Origin: Gemmatimonas sp.
GTDB lineage: Bacteria; Gemmatimonadota; Gemmatimonadetes; Gemmatimonadales; Gemmatimonadaceae
NCBI GenBank assembly: GCA_965279375.1
Contig: OZ257156.1
Span: forward strand, 4,768,001-4,832,000
Length of the DNA: 64,000 bases
Reading direction: 5' to 3'
Position numbers and translations under genes: made by a program
The notes under the pieces: model-generated
Database searches by the model: none
Seen by the model: only the letters and a program-made list of their open reading frames with translations
What the model was told of the DNA's origin: nothing
Shown here: positions 27,737 to 37,078 of the stretch, in pieces
Numbering within the stretch: position 1 is the first letter of the stretch
Layout: each line of letters starts with the position of its first letter

Positions 27737-29107
27737 ATGGCCAACAATCAAAGGCAATCCGATCTCGACCTCGAGCGCGAACTCAAGCGCCTGCCGCTCG
27801 AAACCACCGCACTGCTGGGCGAGGCCGACACCGGTCGTGTCGTCTCGCGCTGGTTGATCGGCATTCTGGTGACCCTCATCGTCATCCTGTTTCTCCCCTG
27901 GCAGCAGAACGTGCAGGGCGAAGGGAATGTGACGGCGCTGAGTCCTTCCGATCGTCCGCAGTCGCTCACGACGCGCATCGACGGTCGCATCGAGCAGTGG
28001 TTCGTGAGCGAGGGGCAGTACGTCAAGAAGGGCGACTCCATCGCGCGCATCTCGGAAATCAAGGATGACTATCTCAATCCGAACGTGCTGCCGCTCACGA
28101 CGCAGCAGCAGCAGGCCAAGGAATCGGCGATTGCGGAGAAGTTGAACAAGGCCGCCGCGCTCGAGACACAGATTGTGCAGCAGGAGGCGCAGCGCGACTT
28201 CAAGCTGCAGCAGACGCGCAACAAGGTGGAGCAGTATCGCGCCGAGATCCGACAGGCGTCGCTCGAGGATTCCGTCGCACGCGATCAGCTGCGTCGTCGC
28301 GAGCGGCTGTATCGCGACACGCTGGGACTCGTGTCGGTGAACGAGTTGCAGACGTTCCAGATCCGTGTGCAGTCTGCTGCGGCCAAGCTCATCGAAAAGC
28401 AGCAGATGCTGGCGATCACCGAAACCGACCTGCAGAGCATTCCTGCGGAGTACGGCGAGAAGATCGCCAAGGCTCGCTCTGATCGGGCGGCCACGCTGGC
28501 GGAGGTGAGCGAATCGCGCTCCGAAGTGGCCAAGCTCAAGGACAAGGTGGGCTCCCTCACCATTCGCAACGGCTTCTACCTCATCGAGGCGCCGCAGGAT
28601 GGCTATGTGGTGCGCGCGTCCAAGGCCGGCCAGGGTGAGATCGTGAAAGCGGGCGACGCGATCGTCACGTTGCAGCCGGCGCGTCCGCGCAAGGCTGTGG
28701 AGCTGTTCGTCAAGCCGATGGACGTCGCCCTGCTCAAGCCCGGGCGCCATGTGCGTGTGTTCTTCGATGGCTGGCCGGCACTGCAGATCAGCGGCTGGCC
28801 GCAAGTCGCCGTCGGCACCTTTGGCGCGCAGGTGGTGGTGATCGACCAGTTCCCGTCAAAGGGCGGCAAGTTCCGCGTGCTGTTGATCGAAGACATCACG
28901 CGCGATGCGCCTTGGCCGGCTCAGTTGCGACTTGGCACGGGCGCACAGGGATGGGCCATGCTCGACAACGTGACCGTCGGCTGGGAAATCTGGCGCACAC
29001 TCAACGGCTTCCCGCTCTCCATCAATCCGGATGAAGCGTTGCCGGGCACTGAAGTGGCGGGCGACAAGGGAAGCAAGGACGGCGCGAAGGGCGGAGGCAA
29101 GCCGTGA
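27737..29107 (+). CDS. HlyD-family membrane fusion protein
   Basis: TM, LPWQQNVQGEG, lipoyl halves (GRIEQWFVSEGQYVKKGD; IEAPQDGYV), coiled coil, FDGWPA. Confidence 0.9.
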   Translation: MANNQRQSDLDLERELKRLPLETTALLGEADTGRVVSRWLIGILVTLIVILFLPWQQNVQGEGNVTALSPSDRPQSLTTRIDGRIEQWFVSEGQYVKKGDSIARISEIKDDYLNPNVLPLTTQQQQAKESAIAEKLNKAAALETQIVQQEAQRDFKLQQTRNKVEQYRAEIRQASLEDSVARDQLRRRERLYRDTLGLVSVNELQTFQIRVQSAAAKLIEKQQMLAITETDLQSIPAEYGEKIAKARSDRAATLAEVSESRSEVAKLKDKVGSLTIRNGFYLIEAPQDGYVVRASKAGQGEIVKAGDAIVTLQPARPRKAVELFVKPMDVALLKPGRHVRVFFDGWPALQISGWPQVAVGTFGAQVVVIDQFPSKGGKFRVLLIEDITRDAPWPAQLRLGTGAQGWAMLDNVTVGWEIWRTLNGFPLSINPDEALPGTEVAGDKGSKDGAKGGGKP

Positions 29108-30624
29108 TGCGCCGAGCCGTCATGTGCATCGCCAGTGGACGCCGCACGACGTCGATGCTCCTCTCGTCGCTGCTCGTACCATCGCTGCTCGTCGCACAGC
29201 CGCGTCGCTCGTCCGACAGCACGGTCACCCGAACCGCGGAACTGGTGGGCGCACGCATCGATACCTCGGGCGTGCCGTTCACCTTCCCCGCGTTCGTCGA
29301 CCTCATCCTGCGGGAGCATCCGGTCGCGCAGCAAGCCAAGCTCGTCGCGGCTGCGGCGCGCAATGACCTGCGCACAGCGTGGGGCGCGTTCGATCCAACC
29401 ATCTCCGCGAGCTGGGATCAGAAGCGGTTCGGCGGCACGACGTACTACAACTACTTCGACGCCGAAATGAAGATTCCGCTCCCCGTTGGCGCGGATGTCA
29501 CCATCGCCTTCGACCGGACCGCGGGTCGCTACATCAATCCCGATCGCCGCACGAACGGCGGTGGCACCTTCGAGGCCGGGATCAGCATTCCCCTTGGCCA
29601 GCGCATCGTGACCGATGAGCGTCGCAACGCGCTGGTGCAGGCGCGTGCGGCTCGTGATGCCGGTGCAGCTGACCAGACTGCGATGATCAACAAGCTCCTG
29701 TACAGTGCCGCCAAGGACTACGGCGGCTGGTACGAGTCCTGGCGACGTCGCGCGGTGGCGCAAGAGGGCGAAGCGCTGGCCGACTTCCGCCTCACCGCGG
29801 TTCGCCGACGCGTGATCAACGGAGAGAGCGCGCCCATCGACACGATCGAAGCGATGCTGGAACTGCAGCGGCGACAGGTCACACGCTTCGAAGCGGAAGC
29901 AGCCTTCTATCTCGCGACGCTCGACGTCACGGCCTATCTCTGGGATGATGCCGGACGTCCAGCTCCGTTGCCGCGCGACGCCAAGCCGGTGCTCGATGGC
30001 ATCGAACGCAGCCAGGTGGACTCCACCCAGCTCGACTCGTTGCTCTCGCTTGCCACACGCCGCAATCCGGATCTGCTCAAGGTGCAGGCCCGCGTGAAGC
30101 AGGCGCAGGCGACCCGCCTCTTCACAACGCAGGGGCTGCTGCCGCTCGCCGAGGGCAAGCTGGCTGGACTGAGTGAGCAAGGCTCCGACGATGCGTTTCT
30201 CGATGGCGCGCGCCTCGATGACAACTACAAGGCCGGGCTGTCCATCAAGTCGCCGCTGCTGTTCCTCAAGGAGACCGGCCGTTTCGGTGCGGCGGGCCAA
30301 CGACTCGAATTCCAGCGCCTCGAGCTCGACCGGCTGCGGCGCAACACAGAGTTCGACGCGCGTGCGGCGATCTTCGATCTCGCCAACCTCGAGCGCATGC
30401 TCGGCCTGCAGCGCAACAACGTCCGGAACGCACGGCTACTGCGCGACGCCGAGCAGATCCGCTACGAGAACGGAGAAAGCACCCTGTTGATCGTGAATAT
30501 TCGCGAACGGCTGGTTCTCGACGAATCGGTCAAGCTCGCCGCCCTTGAAGCAAAGGTCGCCAGTGCGCGCGGAGCGCTGGTGGTCGCCACCGGCGAGCGT
30601 GCGCTGCTCACGCCCAAGCAGTAA
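29104..30624 (+). CDS. TolC-family outer-membrane factor
   Basis: Signal peptide, ILREHPV, GAFDP, GESAPIDTIEA, YENGESTLLIVNIRE. Confidence 0.88.
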   Translation: MMRRAVMCIASGRRTTSMLLSSLLVPSLLVAQPRRSSDSTVTRTAELVGARIDTSGVPFTFPAFVDLILREHPVAQQAKLVAAAARNDLRTAWGAFDPTISASWDQKRFGGTTYYNYFDAEMKIPLPVGADVTIAFDRTAGRYINPDRRTNGGGTFEAGISIPLGQRIVTDERRNALVQARAARDAGAADQTAMINKLLYSAAKDYGGWYESWRRRAVAQEGEALADFRLTAVRRRVINGESAPIDTIEAMLELQRRQVTRFEAEAAFYLATLDVTAYLWDDAGRPAPLPRDAKPVLDGIERSQVDSTQLDSLLSLATRRNPDLLKVQARVKQAQATRLFTTQGLLPLAEGKLAGLSEQGSDDAFLDGARLDDNYKAGLSIKSPLLFLKETGRFGAAGQRLEFQRLELDRLRRNTEFDARAAIFDLANLERMLGLQRNNVRNARLLRDAEQIRYENGESTLLIVNIRERLVLDESVKLAALEAKVASARGALVVATGERALLTPKQ

Positions 30625-30657
30625 CCTTGAGGAGACATTTCTCCAGACGGTACGAGT

Positions 30658-30936
30658 ATGCGTGAGCAGGACGAGTGGGAACTCCCGGAAGACCCCGATG
30701 ACGACGCGGAACTCGACGAGGAGTTTCCGCTCGGCGATGGTGTCGCCGATCGATCGAGCGAAGTGCATTGCCCGTATTGCGGCGAGGCCGTCGAGATCAC
30801 GCTCGATCCCGGATCGGGGTCCACGCAGGAGTACATCGAAGACTGCGAGGTGTGTTGTCGCCCGTGGCATGTGTCGGTGACATATCACGAAGACGGCAGT
30901 GCGGAGGTCTTCGTGGACGCGAGCGACGATACGTGA
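30658..30936 (+). CDS. CPXCG-motif cysteine-rich protein
   Basis: CPYCGE...QEYIEDCEVCCRPW; SD GGAG upstream. Confidence 0.88.
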   Translation: MREQDEWELPEDPDDDAELDEEFPLGDGVADRSSEVHCPYCGEAVEITLDPGSGSTQEYIEDCEVCCRPWHVSVTYHEDGSAEVFVDASDDT

Positions 30937-32435
30937 TGTCTGAGCTGCCGCCGACTGCAGAGGAGATTCGCCAGCTGTTGCCCGGTGCCCTGCACCGACC
31001 GGCCGCGGAAGGCGCTCGCATCGTGTCGCTCCACTGGCTGCACCAGCTGCATCAGGCACGACTCGCCTGGTCATTGGCATCGCTGCCGGGCGAGGGTGGT
31101 CTCAACGAGTCGGACCCGCCTCGCTCACCGCCGCGGCAGGCGATGCAGGCACTGCATCGTGCACGGGTCTCGCTCCGGCGCCTGCGTGCGTCATGCAAGG
31201 AGCATCGCGATCTGCTCGAAGGCAGCCGGCTCGGTCGTTTGCGGGCGGCACTCACGCGACTGCAGCGCGCGACGAATTCGGCGCGCGATGCCGACGTGCA
31301 ACTCGACTGGCTGAACGCGGAAGCCGATGGACTGCCTGAGCTCGCGCGCGAGCAGGCCGAATCGCTGCGCGAACAGATCGCGGCAAGCCGTACCAAGCAA
31401 CAGGAACGAGTGGCCAACGCGCTGCGTCGTCATCTCGATTCGACGTTCGAGCGCGCGTGCGAGCGGCTGTCGTTGATGCAGCAGACCATCCGCATTGGCG
31501 ACGATCGCGCACCGATGACGTTTGCCTCGCACCTCGCTTCGCGCATCGAACGTTCGGCAGTGTCGCTGCAGCGTGAGCTCGACACGCTGCCGACGCTTGA
31601 TGCCGACACGTTGCCGGCGGCGCTCCACCACATCCGCATTCACCTCAAGCGGCAGCGTGCGCTGTTGGCACCGCACACCACCGAGCATGCCGCGCTCGCC
31701 ACATGGTACGGCATGGCCACCCGCGGCCAGGATCTGCTGGGCGCAATGCGTGACGCGGCAGTGCTGGCCGCGCAGGCGCGATACGACGGCGCGGAGGAGC
31801 TTGCGCAGGTACTCGATGGGGTGGCGCTGGCGCACGAAGACGCATTTCGGCTGGGCTGGAGCGCCGACCGTGATGCCATTGCGCGTGCGCAGCTCGGCGC
31901 CGCGCAAGCGTTGCGGTCGATGAGCGTGGCTCCCACGCGCGACGGACTGCCGATGGAGTACGAGCGGAAGTATCTGCTGCGCGGCTGTCCGCCCGAGGGA
32001 AGCGCCGCACCTGGGACACTGATTTCGCAGGGCTGGCTGCCCGGAAAGGCGCTGCGCGAGCGGTTGCGTTGGTCCACCGCTGCCGACGGACAGGAACGCT
32101 TCACGCGCACCATCAAGCTGGGCCCGTCGCATGCCCGCATCGAGGTGGAAGAGGATACCGATCAGGCGCTCTTCGGTGCGCTGTGGCCGCTGACCGCGTC
32201 CGCCCGCATTCGCAAACGTCGCCATGTCGTGCCGCACGGAGATCATCGCTGGGAAATCGACGTCTTCCTCGATCGCGAACTGGTGCTGGCCGAGGTGGAG
32301 CTGTCGAGCGAGTTCGAGGCGGCGGAGATTCCGGACTGGCTGGCCCCGTACGTCGTGCGCGACGTCACCGGGGAAACGCAGTATCTCAATGCGGTGATGG
32401 CACAGCCTGACTCGTCGCACGGTGGTTCGGACTGA
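30936..32435 (+). CDS. CHAD-CYTH fusion protein
   Basis: LHRARVSLRRLRA, RDADV, LHHIRIHLKRQR, QDLLGAMRD (CHAD); EYERKYL, RIRKRRH, WEIDVF, LAEVEL, DVTGETQYLN (CYTH). Confidence 0.87.
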   Translation: MSELPPTAEEIRQLLPGALHRPAAEGARIVSLHWLHQLHQARLAWSLASLPGEGGLNESDPPRSPPRQAMQALHRARVSLRRLRASCKEHRDLLEGSRLGRLRAALTRLQRATNSARDADVQLDWLNAEADGLPELAREQAESLREQIAASRTKQQERVANALRRHLDSTFERACERLSLMQQTIRIGDDRAPMTFASHLASRIERSAVSLQRELDTLPTLDADTLPAALHHIRIHLKRQRALLAPHTTEHAALATWYGMATRGQDLLGAMRDAAVLAAQARYDGAEELAQVLDGVALAHEDAFRLGWSADRDAIARAQLGAAQALRSMSVAPTRDGLPMEYERKYLLRGCPPEGSAAPGTLISQGWLPGKALRERLRWSTAADGQERFTRTIKLGPSHARIEVEEDTDQALFGALWPLTASARIRKRRHVVPHGDHRWEIDVFLDRELVLAEVELSSEFEAAEIPDWLAPYVVRDVTGETQYLNAVMAQPDSSHGGSD

Positions 32436-32436
32436 C

Positions 32437-33660
32437 ATGGCAGGCGACGCACTGCTCGCCACGATGCCGCCGATTCGCGATCGACGCGAGCGCGTGATCG
32501 GCTATCTCGTGCACACCTGCCCCGCGACCGAGCGCCGCGGCACGGACGCTGGCACCGACGAGGCTCGAAAGACGGTCGACATGGTCGCCACGCTTTCGCG
32601 ACTGGCCGGCAAGAGCATCGTGGTGCCCGTCACGCCAACGCTCGTGCGCGACGGAGCGCTCAGCCGCTTCGCTTCGGCAGATGCCGTGTGGTTGCTCTCT
32701 ACCGACGCGCTCGATGATGCGCCCACGCGCAAGAGCGTCGACCGACTGCTCGGCGCGGGCTTCAACTTCGCGCTGGACGGTTTCCCCGAAGGCGCACCGC
32801 TGCTCCCATCGCTTGTCGGTGCAACCATCCTGATCGACGCGCAGCGCATCTCCGCCGCGCAGTTGGAGAATCGCGTGCGCACGCTTCTGGACGCTGGGCT
32901 ACGGCCTCTGGTGCGCAGTGTGGACGATCGCGCGATACGCCACCGCGTCATCGCGGCCGGGGCGCCGCTGCACACGGGGCGCCTGTTGACGCGAGCGGCG
33001 TCCACGCCCGTGGACCGACTGGCCGAAGCCAGTGTGCTGCGGGCGATCTCCATGCTCGCCGCATTCGCGGACGGACGGCCGGCGAACGCAGCGTTCGACG
33101 AGTACGTGCGCGATGATCCGCATCTGGCCGCGTCGCTGCTGCGGTCGATGCGCTCGGCGACCATGGGCGTGCGCGGGCCGAAATCGGTGGAGCACGCGCT
33201 CAACATGCTTGGGCGCGATGCGGTGATGGATCAACTCGTCGGCGTGGCGGCCTTTCTCATTGGCGAGACCGCACACGATCCGGAGTTGGCACTCATCGCG
33301 TTGCGCCGCGCACGCGTCTGTGAACAGGTGGGCGCCGCACTAGATCCGGCACCGCATCCACGCGCGCGCACCTTGGCCGGACTACTGTCTGTGCTCGAGT
33401 TTGCACTGGGCGTTCCGCCGAGCGTGCTGCTGTCACGCTTGAACCTGCCCAGCGTACTGGTGGACGCGCTGCTGGAGCGGCGCGAACCACTGGGACAATT
33501 ACTCGACGTGGTTGATGCCATGGAGTACGGCTGGTGGGATGACCTGCGAGCGCGCTGCGGCCGCCTTGGTATTGCGCCGTCCATCGTCGGCGACGCGTGG
33601 CTGGCCTCATGGCGTACGGCTCGCGAAGAACTGGGCTTCGCGCGAGCGGACACGACCTGA
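32437..33660 (+). CDS. Degenerate EAL plus HDOD domain protein
   Basis: PIRDRRERVIGY, FALDGF, DPHLAASLLR, SVEHALNMLG, GLLSVLE. Confidence 0.75.
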   Translation: MAGDALLATMPPIRDRRERVIGYLVHTCPATERRGTDAGTDEARKTVDMVATLSRLAGKSIVVPVTPTLVRDGALSRFASADAVWLLSTDALDDAPTRKSVDRLLGAGFNFALDGFPEGAPLLPSLVGATILIDAQRISAAQLENRVRTLLDAGLRPLVRSVDDRAIRHRVIAAGAPLHTGRLLTRAASTPVDRLAEASVLRAISMLAAFADGRPANAAFDEYVRDDPHLAASLLRSMRSATMGVRGPKSVEHALNMLGRDAVMDQLVGVAAFLIGETAHDPELALIALRRARVCEQVGAALDPAPHPRARTLAGLLSVLEFALGVPPSVLLSRLNLPSVLVDALLERREPLGQLLDVVDAMEYGWWDDLRARCGRLGIAPSIVGDAWLASWRTAREELGFARADTT

Positions 33661-33671
33661 CAGATTTCCGT

Positions 33672-34199
33672 ATGCCCCAGACCGCCCGCGCTTATCTGCT
33701 GGACCGATTCCGCTCTGACGCCGTCGCACTCCGCGCGCGCGCGGATACTCTTGGTGCAGCTCCGCGAAAGGCTGCGCCGACGCCTGGACCGGACGCAGCC
33801 ATGTCGCTTCGCATGGCGAACGCGTGCGATGCGGTCGTCGCGATGATCGACGCCGTGCCCGAGGCACCCGACGCGGCCCGCGCGCTCGGTGCCATCGCCG
33901 AGCTGATCCCGCTGCTCGAGCATCGCGCCGCGCAGGAGCAAGGCGCACCACCGGTGCGCGCGGTCTACCTCGGTGCCGCCACGCGCATTCGTGAAGTACA
34001 GGCCGCTGAGTCGAAGGCTGCAGAATCGGTCAACGCCTCCACTCATGACAAAGACGTCATCCACCACGATGGCGAGCAGGACCTGGACGACGAAGCGCTC
34101 AGCGGTGATCTCGAGGACGACATCGATGACGATTCGGATGACGAGACCGATGATGACGATGTCGACGACGACGAACTGCATCCGGGGACGCCACTGTGA
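33672..34199 (+). CDS. Hypothetical helical protein with long acidic tail
   Basis: ORF packed between neighbours; D/E-rich C-terminus. Confidence 0.7.
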   Translation: MPQTARAYLLDRFRSDAVALRARADTLGAAPRKAAPTPGPDAAMSLRMANACDAVVAMIDAVPEAPDAARALGAIAELIPLLEHRAAQEQGAPPVRAVYLGAATRIREVQAAESKAAESVNASTHDKDVIHHDGEQDLDDEALSGDLEDDIDDDSDDETDDDDVDDDELHPGTPL

Positions 34200-34636
34200 G
34201 CAAGCGGCACGGTGCGCCGCCCGCTGCAGAGCCGGATGACGACGACAACACACCTGCCGGTAAGGTGCGTCTCGACAAGTGGCTGTGGGCCGCGCGGTTC
34301 TTCAAGACGCGCGCGCTTGCGGCCGAAGCGATCGACGGCGGCAAGGTCGATGTGAACGGCGATCGTGCAAAGCGCGCCAAGCTCGTGCAAGCGGGTGATC
34401 ATGTGCGACTGCGCAACGGCCCCATCGAGTGGCAGCTTGAAGTGACGGGCATCGCCGAGCGTCGCGGCTCTGCGGAAACTGCGCACGGACTCTATCAGGA
34501 AACAGCCGCAGGTCGCGCACGCCGTGAGCAGGTGCAGGAGCATTTGCGCTCGATGCCAACGGCATTTGCATACGGCGAAAGCAAACCCGGCAAGCATGAT
34601 CGTCGCGCGATTCGACGACTCAAGGGTGACGATTGA
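34196..34636 (+). CDS. hslR: Ribosome-associated heat shock protein Hsp15 (S4 domain)
   Basis: VRLDKWLWAARFFKTRALA, GKVDVNG, RRGSA...LYQET, KPGKHDRR. Confidence 0.93.
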   Translation: MSKRHGAPPAAEPDDDDNTPAGKVRLDKWLWAARFFKTRALAAEAIDGGKVDVNGDRAKRAKLVQAGDHVRLRNGPIEWQLEVTGIAERRGSAETAHGLYQETAAGRARREQVQEHLRSMPTAFAYGESKPGKHDRRAIRRLKGDD

Positions 34637-34716
34637 ATTGATTGCAGCACTATCTATGCTGCATGACGTGACACATTGTTCTTTGTAGGAAGCGCGCTCT
34701 CTCGCGCACACGACTT

Positions 34717-34740
34717 GCGAATGAAAATCATTTCATTTGC
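34717..34740. promoter_or_regulatory. Fur-box-like inverted repeat
   Basis: GCGAATGAAAATCATTTCATTTGC; 13/19 match to GATAATGATAATCATTATC in an AT-rich intergenic region. Confidence 0.5.
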
Positions 34741-34899
34741 GCTACATTCGTAGGATGTGCATTTAACGCACGACCGACAGCAACAGCTGTGCTCGTCGCG
34801 CTGCGCGACCCACGGCACCCGCAGTTCTGCGCTGCTGCACCCGTCTCTTTAGCGGGCAGCGCCTGACAGCGCGGACGCTGTCCTCCTCCTGTGACAATC

Positions 34900-35577
34900 A
34901 TGCGCATCCTGATCATCGGCTCCGACGACGTCGGCGCCGCACAATTGGGTCGTTCGTTGGAACTCAGCGGCTGCAACGTGTCCACGGCGGCGCACGACTC
35001 TGCTGCGCGATCGATGGCCGTGTCCGACGCTATCGACGCCATCGTTGTGCACCGCAACGGGTCCGACGAGAGCACGCCAGCCTTTATCGCGTCGCTCCGT
35101 GCCGAGGGCGTGATTGCCGTGCTCTTCGCTGTCTGTGACCGCGACGCCACCGACCACGCCGTACAACTCCTCGACGCCGGAGCCGATGGCGTGCTGGACG
35201 CGCCGTACGTTGGTGTGCGCATGGCGGCGCAGATCCGTGCGGTCGTGCGACGCGCGTCGACTACCACCACGGAATCCGTGCAGGTGGGCGATCTGCTCAT
35301 CAATCGCGTGAGTCACCGCGTGTCGATCGCTGGAACGCCATTGCTGCTTACAGCTCGACAGTACGCGTTGCTCGAGTATCTCGCGCTGCGATCCGGCACG
35401 ACCGTCCTGCGCAGCACGCTCATCGCCCATGTGTGGAAGCTGCAATTCGACCCGGGCTCGAACGTCGTAGACGTGCACGTCGCACAACTACGCAAACGTC
35501 TTCGCGACGCCGGAAGTGTGACGTCACTGCGCACCGTGCGCGGCGAAGGCTACGCACTCGACGCCAGCGCCGACTAG
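34900..35577 (+). CDS. OmpR-family regulator with degenerate receiver
   Basis: Winged helix LTARQYALLEYL, VWKLQFDPGSNVVDVHVAQLRKRL, TVRGEGY. Confidence 0.87.
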   Translation: MRILIIGSDDVGAAQLGRSLELSGCNVSTAAHDSAARSMAVSDAIDAIVVHRNGSDESTPAFIASLRAEGVIAVLFAVCDRDATDHAVQLLDAGADGVLDAPYVGVRMAAQIRAVVRRASTTTTESVQVGDLLINRVSHRVSIAGTPLLLTARQYALLEYLALRSGTTVLRSTLIAHVWKLQFDPGSNVVDVHVAQLRKRLRDAGSVTSLRTVRGEGYALDASAD

Positions 35578-35933
35578 CTCCGCCGCGTGATCGACGAGAG
35601 TCGGGCCGCGGCAGCGTGCATCGCCTCGTCGTCGGCCGCGGCCGTTGCATCGAGCCACACTACCGGCAGCTCCGGCCGAAGCACTCGAAGCGTCTCCCGC
35701 ATGGCAGGCGCTTGCACCGCGACCACATAGATCAGCCCCGCATCGGCGAGGCACTTGGCCGCCTCGACCTCGCGTCCGCTCAGCAACACTCGAAGCCCGA
35801 GCGGCTGCAGGAACGTTCGCCACGCGCGTCTCCGTAACGCATCGTCGATGTGCACCAGCACGGCGGCGCGCGTCGTATCGATGCGACTCCCGTCCCCCGA
35901 CGCCGTCGACGGGCTCTCGTGACGATCAACCAT
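35574..35933 (-). CDS. Hypothetical protein, possibly a degenerate stand-alone receiver
   Basis: VLVHIDD, LPVVWLD alpha/beta pattern; overlaps the upstream hydrolase stop. Confidence 0.5.
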   Translation of the reverse strand: MVDRHESPSTASGDGSRIDTTRAAVLVHIDDALRRRAWRTFLQPLGLRVLLSGREVEAAKCLADAGLIYVVAVQAPAMRETLRVLRPELPVVWLDATAAADDEAMHAAAARLSSITRRS

Positions 35934-36657
35934 GCGGCTGTGCCAACAGTTCTCGCAGTAGCGAGCTGTCGAGTCGGTGTGCGCCCATGAACCGACGCTC
36001 CACCGGCGACGGATGCACTGCCTGCGCCGACGCGCGGAACTGCGCCAGCATCTCCGGCGTGGCGAAATGATCCTCGTCTCCCGCCACGAGGGTCAGCGCG
36101 CTGCGAGACAGTGCTGAACGCAGCACGACCGCATCCACATCGTGCGCGAAGCCTCCCGCCCACGCGATGACGTGAGTCGGGCGAACGCCGCCGCTAGCAA
36201 TCCAGCGCAACGCCGTCACCACTCCCTGCGAGAATCCCAACACGCCCACCGCCGGAGCGGCGCCGCGTGCGCCTGTGGAGCGCGAGATGACCTCGTGAGC
36301 CAGGGATGTCAGCCAGCGCATCGCATCGCGAATCTCCAACTCTCTCGCCTCTCGCGTGAGCCAGCTTGCGCCGACGCGCTGCAGATGACCGCCGTCGGTG
36401 CGCGGCGCTTCGAGGTAGAAACGCGACAACGCCTCCGGCGCGATGACACAGGTGTCGGGTGGCACCACGCCTTCGAACGGACGCACGAAGCGCGCGGCGA
36501 GCTGTCCGTACCCGTGAAGCACGAACCAGACGCACGCAGCGTCTTCAGGCTCAGCGCCCAGCGTCGCATAGCGTGCCGTACGCGTGGTCTCCCGCTCGAC
36601 CACGCGGATCGGCGCTCCATCGGAGGACGCGGCCGCACCGGCATCCGCAGCCGTCAC
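35926..36657 (-). CDS. Alpha/beta hydrolase (phospholipase/carboxylesterase-like)
   Basis: LHGYGQ, GFSQG nucleophile elbow, GDED, GAH. Confidence 0.88.
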   Translation of the reverse strand: MTAADAGAAASSDGAPIRVVERETTRTARYATLGAEPEDAACVWFVLHGYGQLAARFVRPFEGVVPPDTCVIAPEALSRFYLEAPRTDGGHLQRVGASWLTREARELEIRDAMRWLTSLAHEVISRSTGARGAAPAVGVLGFSQGVVTALRWIASGGVRPTHVIAWAGGFAHDVDAVVLRSALSRSALTLVAGDEDHFATPEMLAQFRASAQAVHPSPVERRFMGAHRLDSSLLRELLAQPHG

Positions 36658-37052
36658 GGGCAGTAGGCGATGGCCGATATCTCCACGAGAATGCCGCGGA
36701 GCGATGCGCCGACGACGGCACGTGTCGGATACGGCGGCGAGAATACAGTCTGATAGATCCGGTTCACCGTCCCCCAGTCATCTTCGTCCGTGAGGTAGAT
36801 CGTCACGCTCACGACGTCGGTCAGCGCCAGCCCACCGGCCTTGAGCACACGTTCAACGTTGGCGAGGGTGACTGCCGTCTGTTCTTCGATCGTGGTGCCC
36901 ACGATTTGGCCGGTCGCCGGATCCCTCGGCGTCTGTCCTGATACGAAATACAGGTTGCCGGCACGCACTCCGGGGGAGTAGGCTCCCGCAGGTGGTGGAA
37001 GGTCGGGCAGCGCCACGGGGGTCCAGTGGCGGTCGCTCGGGGCGGGGCTCAT
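36654..37052 (-). CDS. RidA/YjgF family enamine-imine deaminase
   Basis: GAYSPG, FVSGQ, YPTRAVV (catalytic Arg), LVEISAIA. Confidence 0.92.
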   Translation of the reverse strand: MSPAPSDRHWTPVALPDLPPPAGAYSPGVRAGNLYFVSGQTPRDPATGQIVGTTIEEQTAVTLANVERVLKAGGLALTDVVSVTIYLTDEDDWGTVNRIYQTVFSPPYPTRAVVGASLRGILVEISAIAYCP

Positions 37053-37078
37053 CGTGAAGGCTCACAGTCGGAGGCGGA

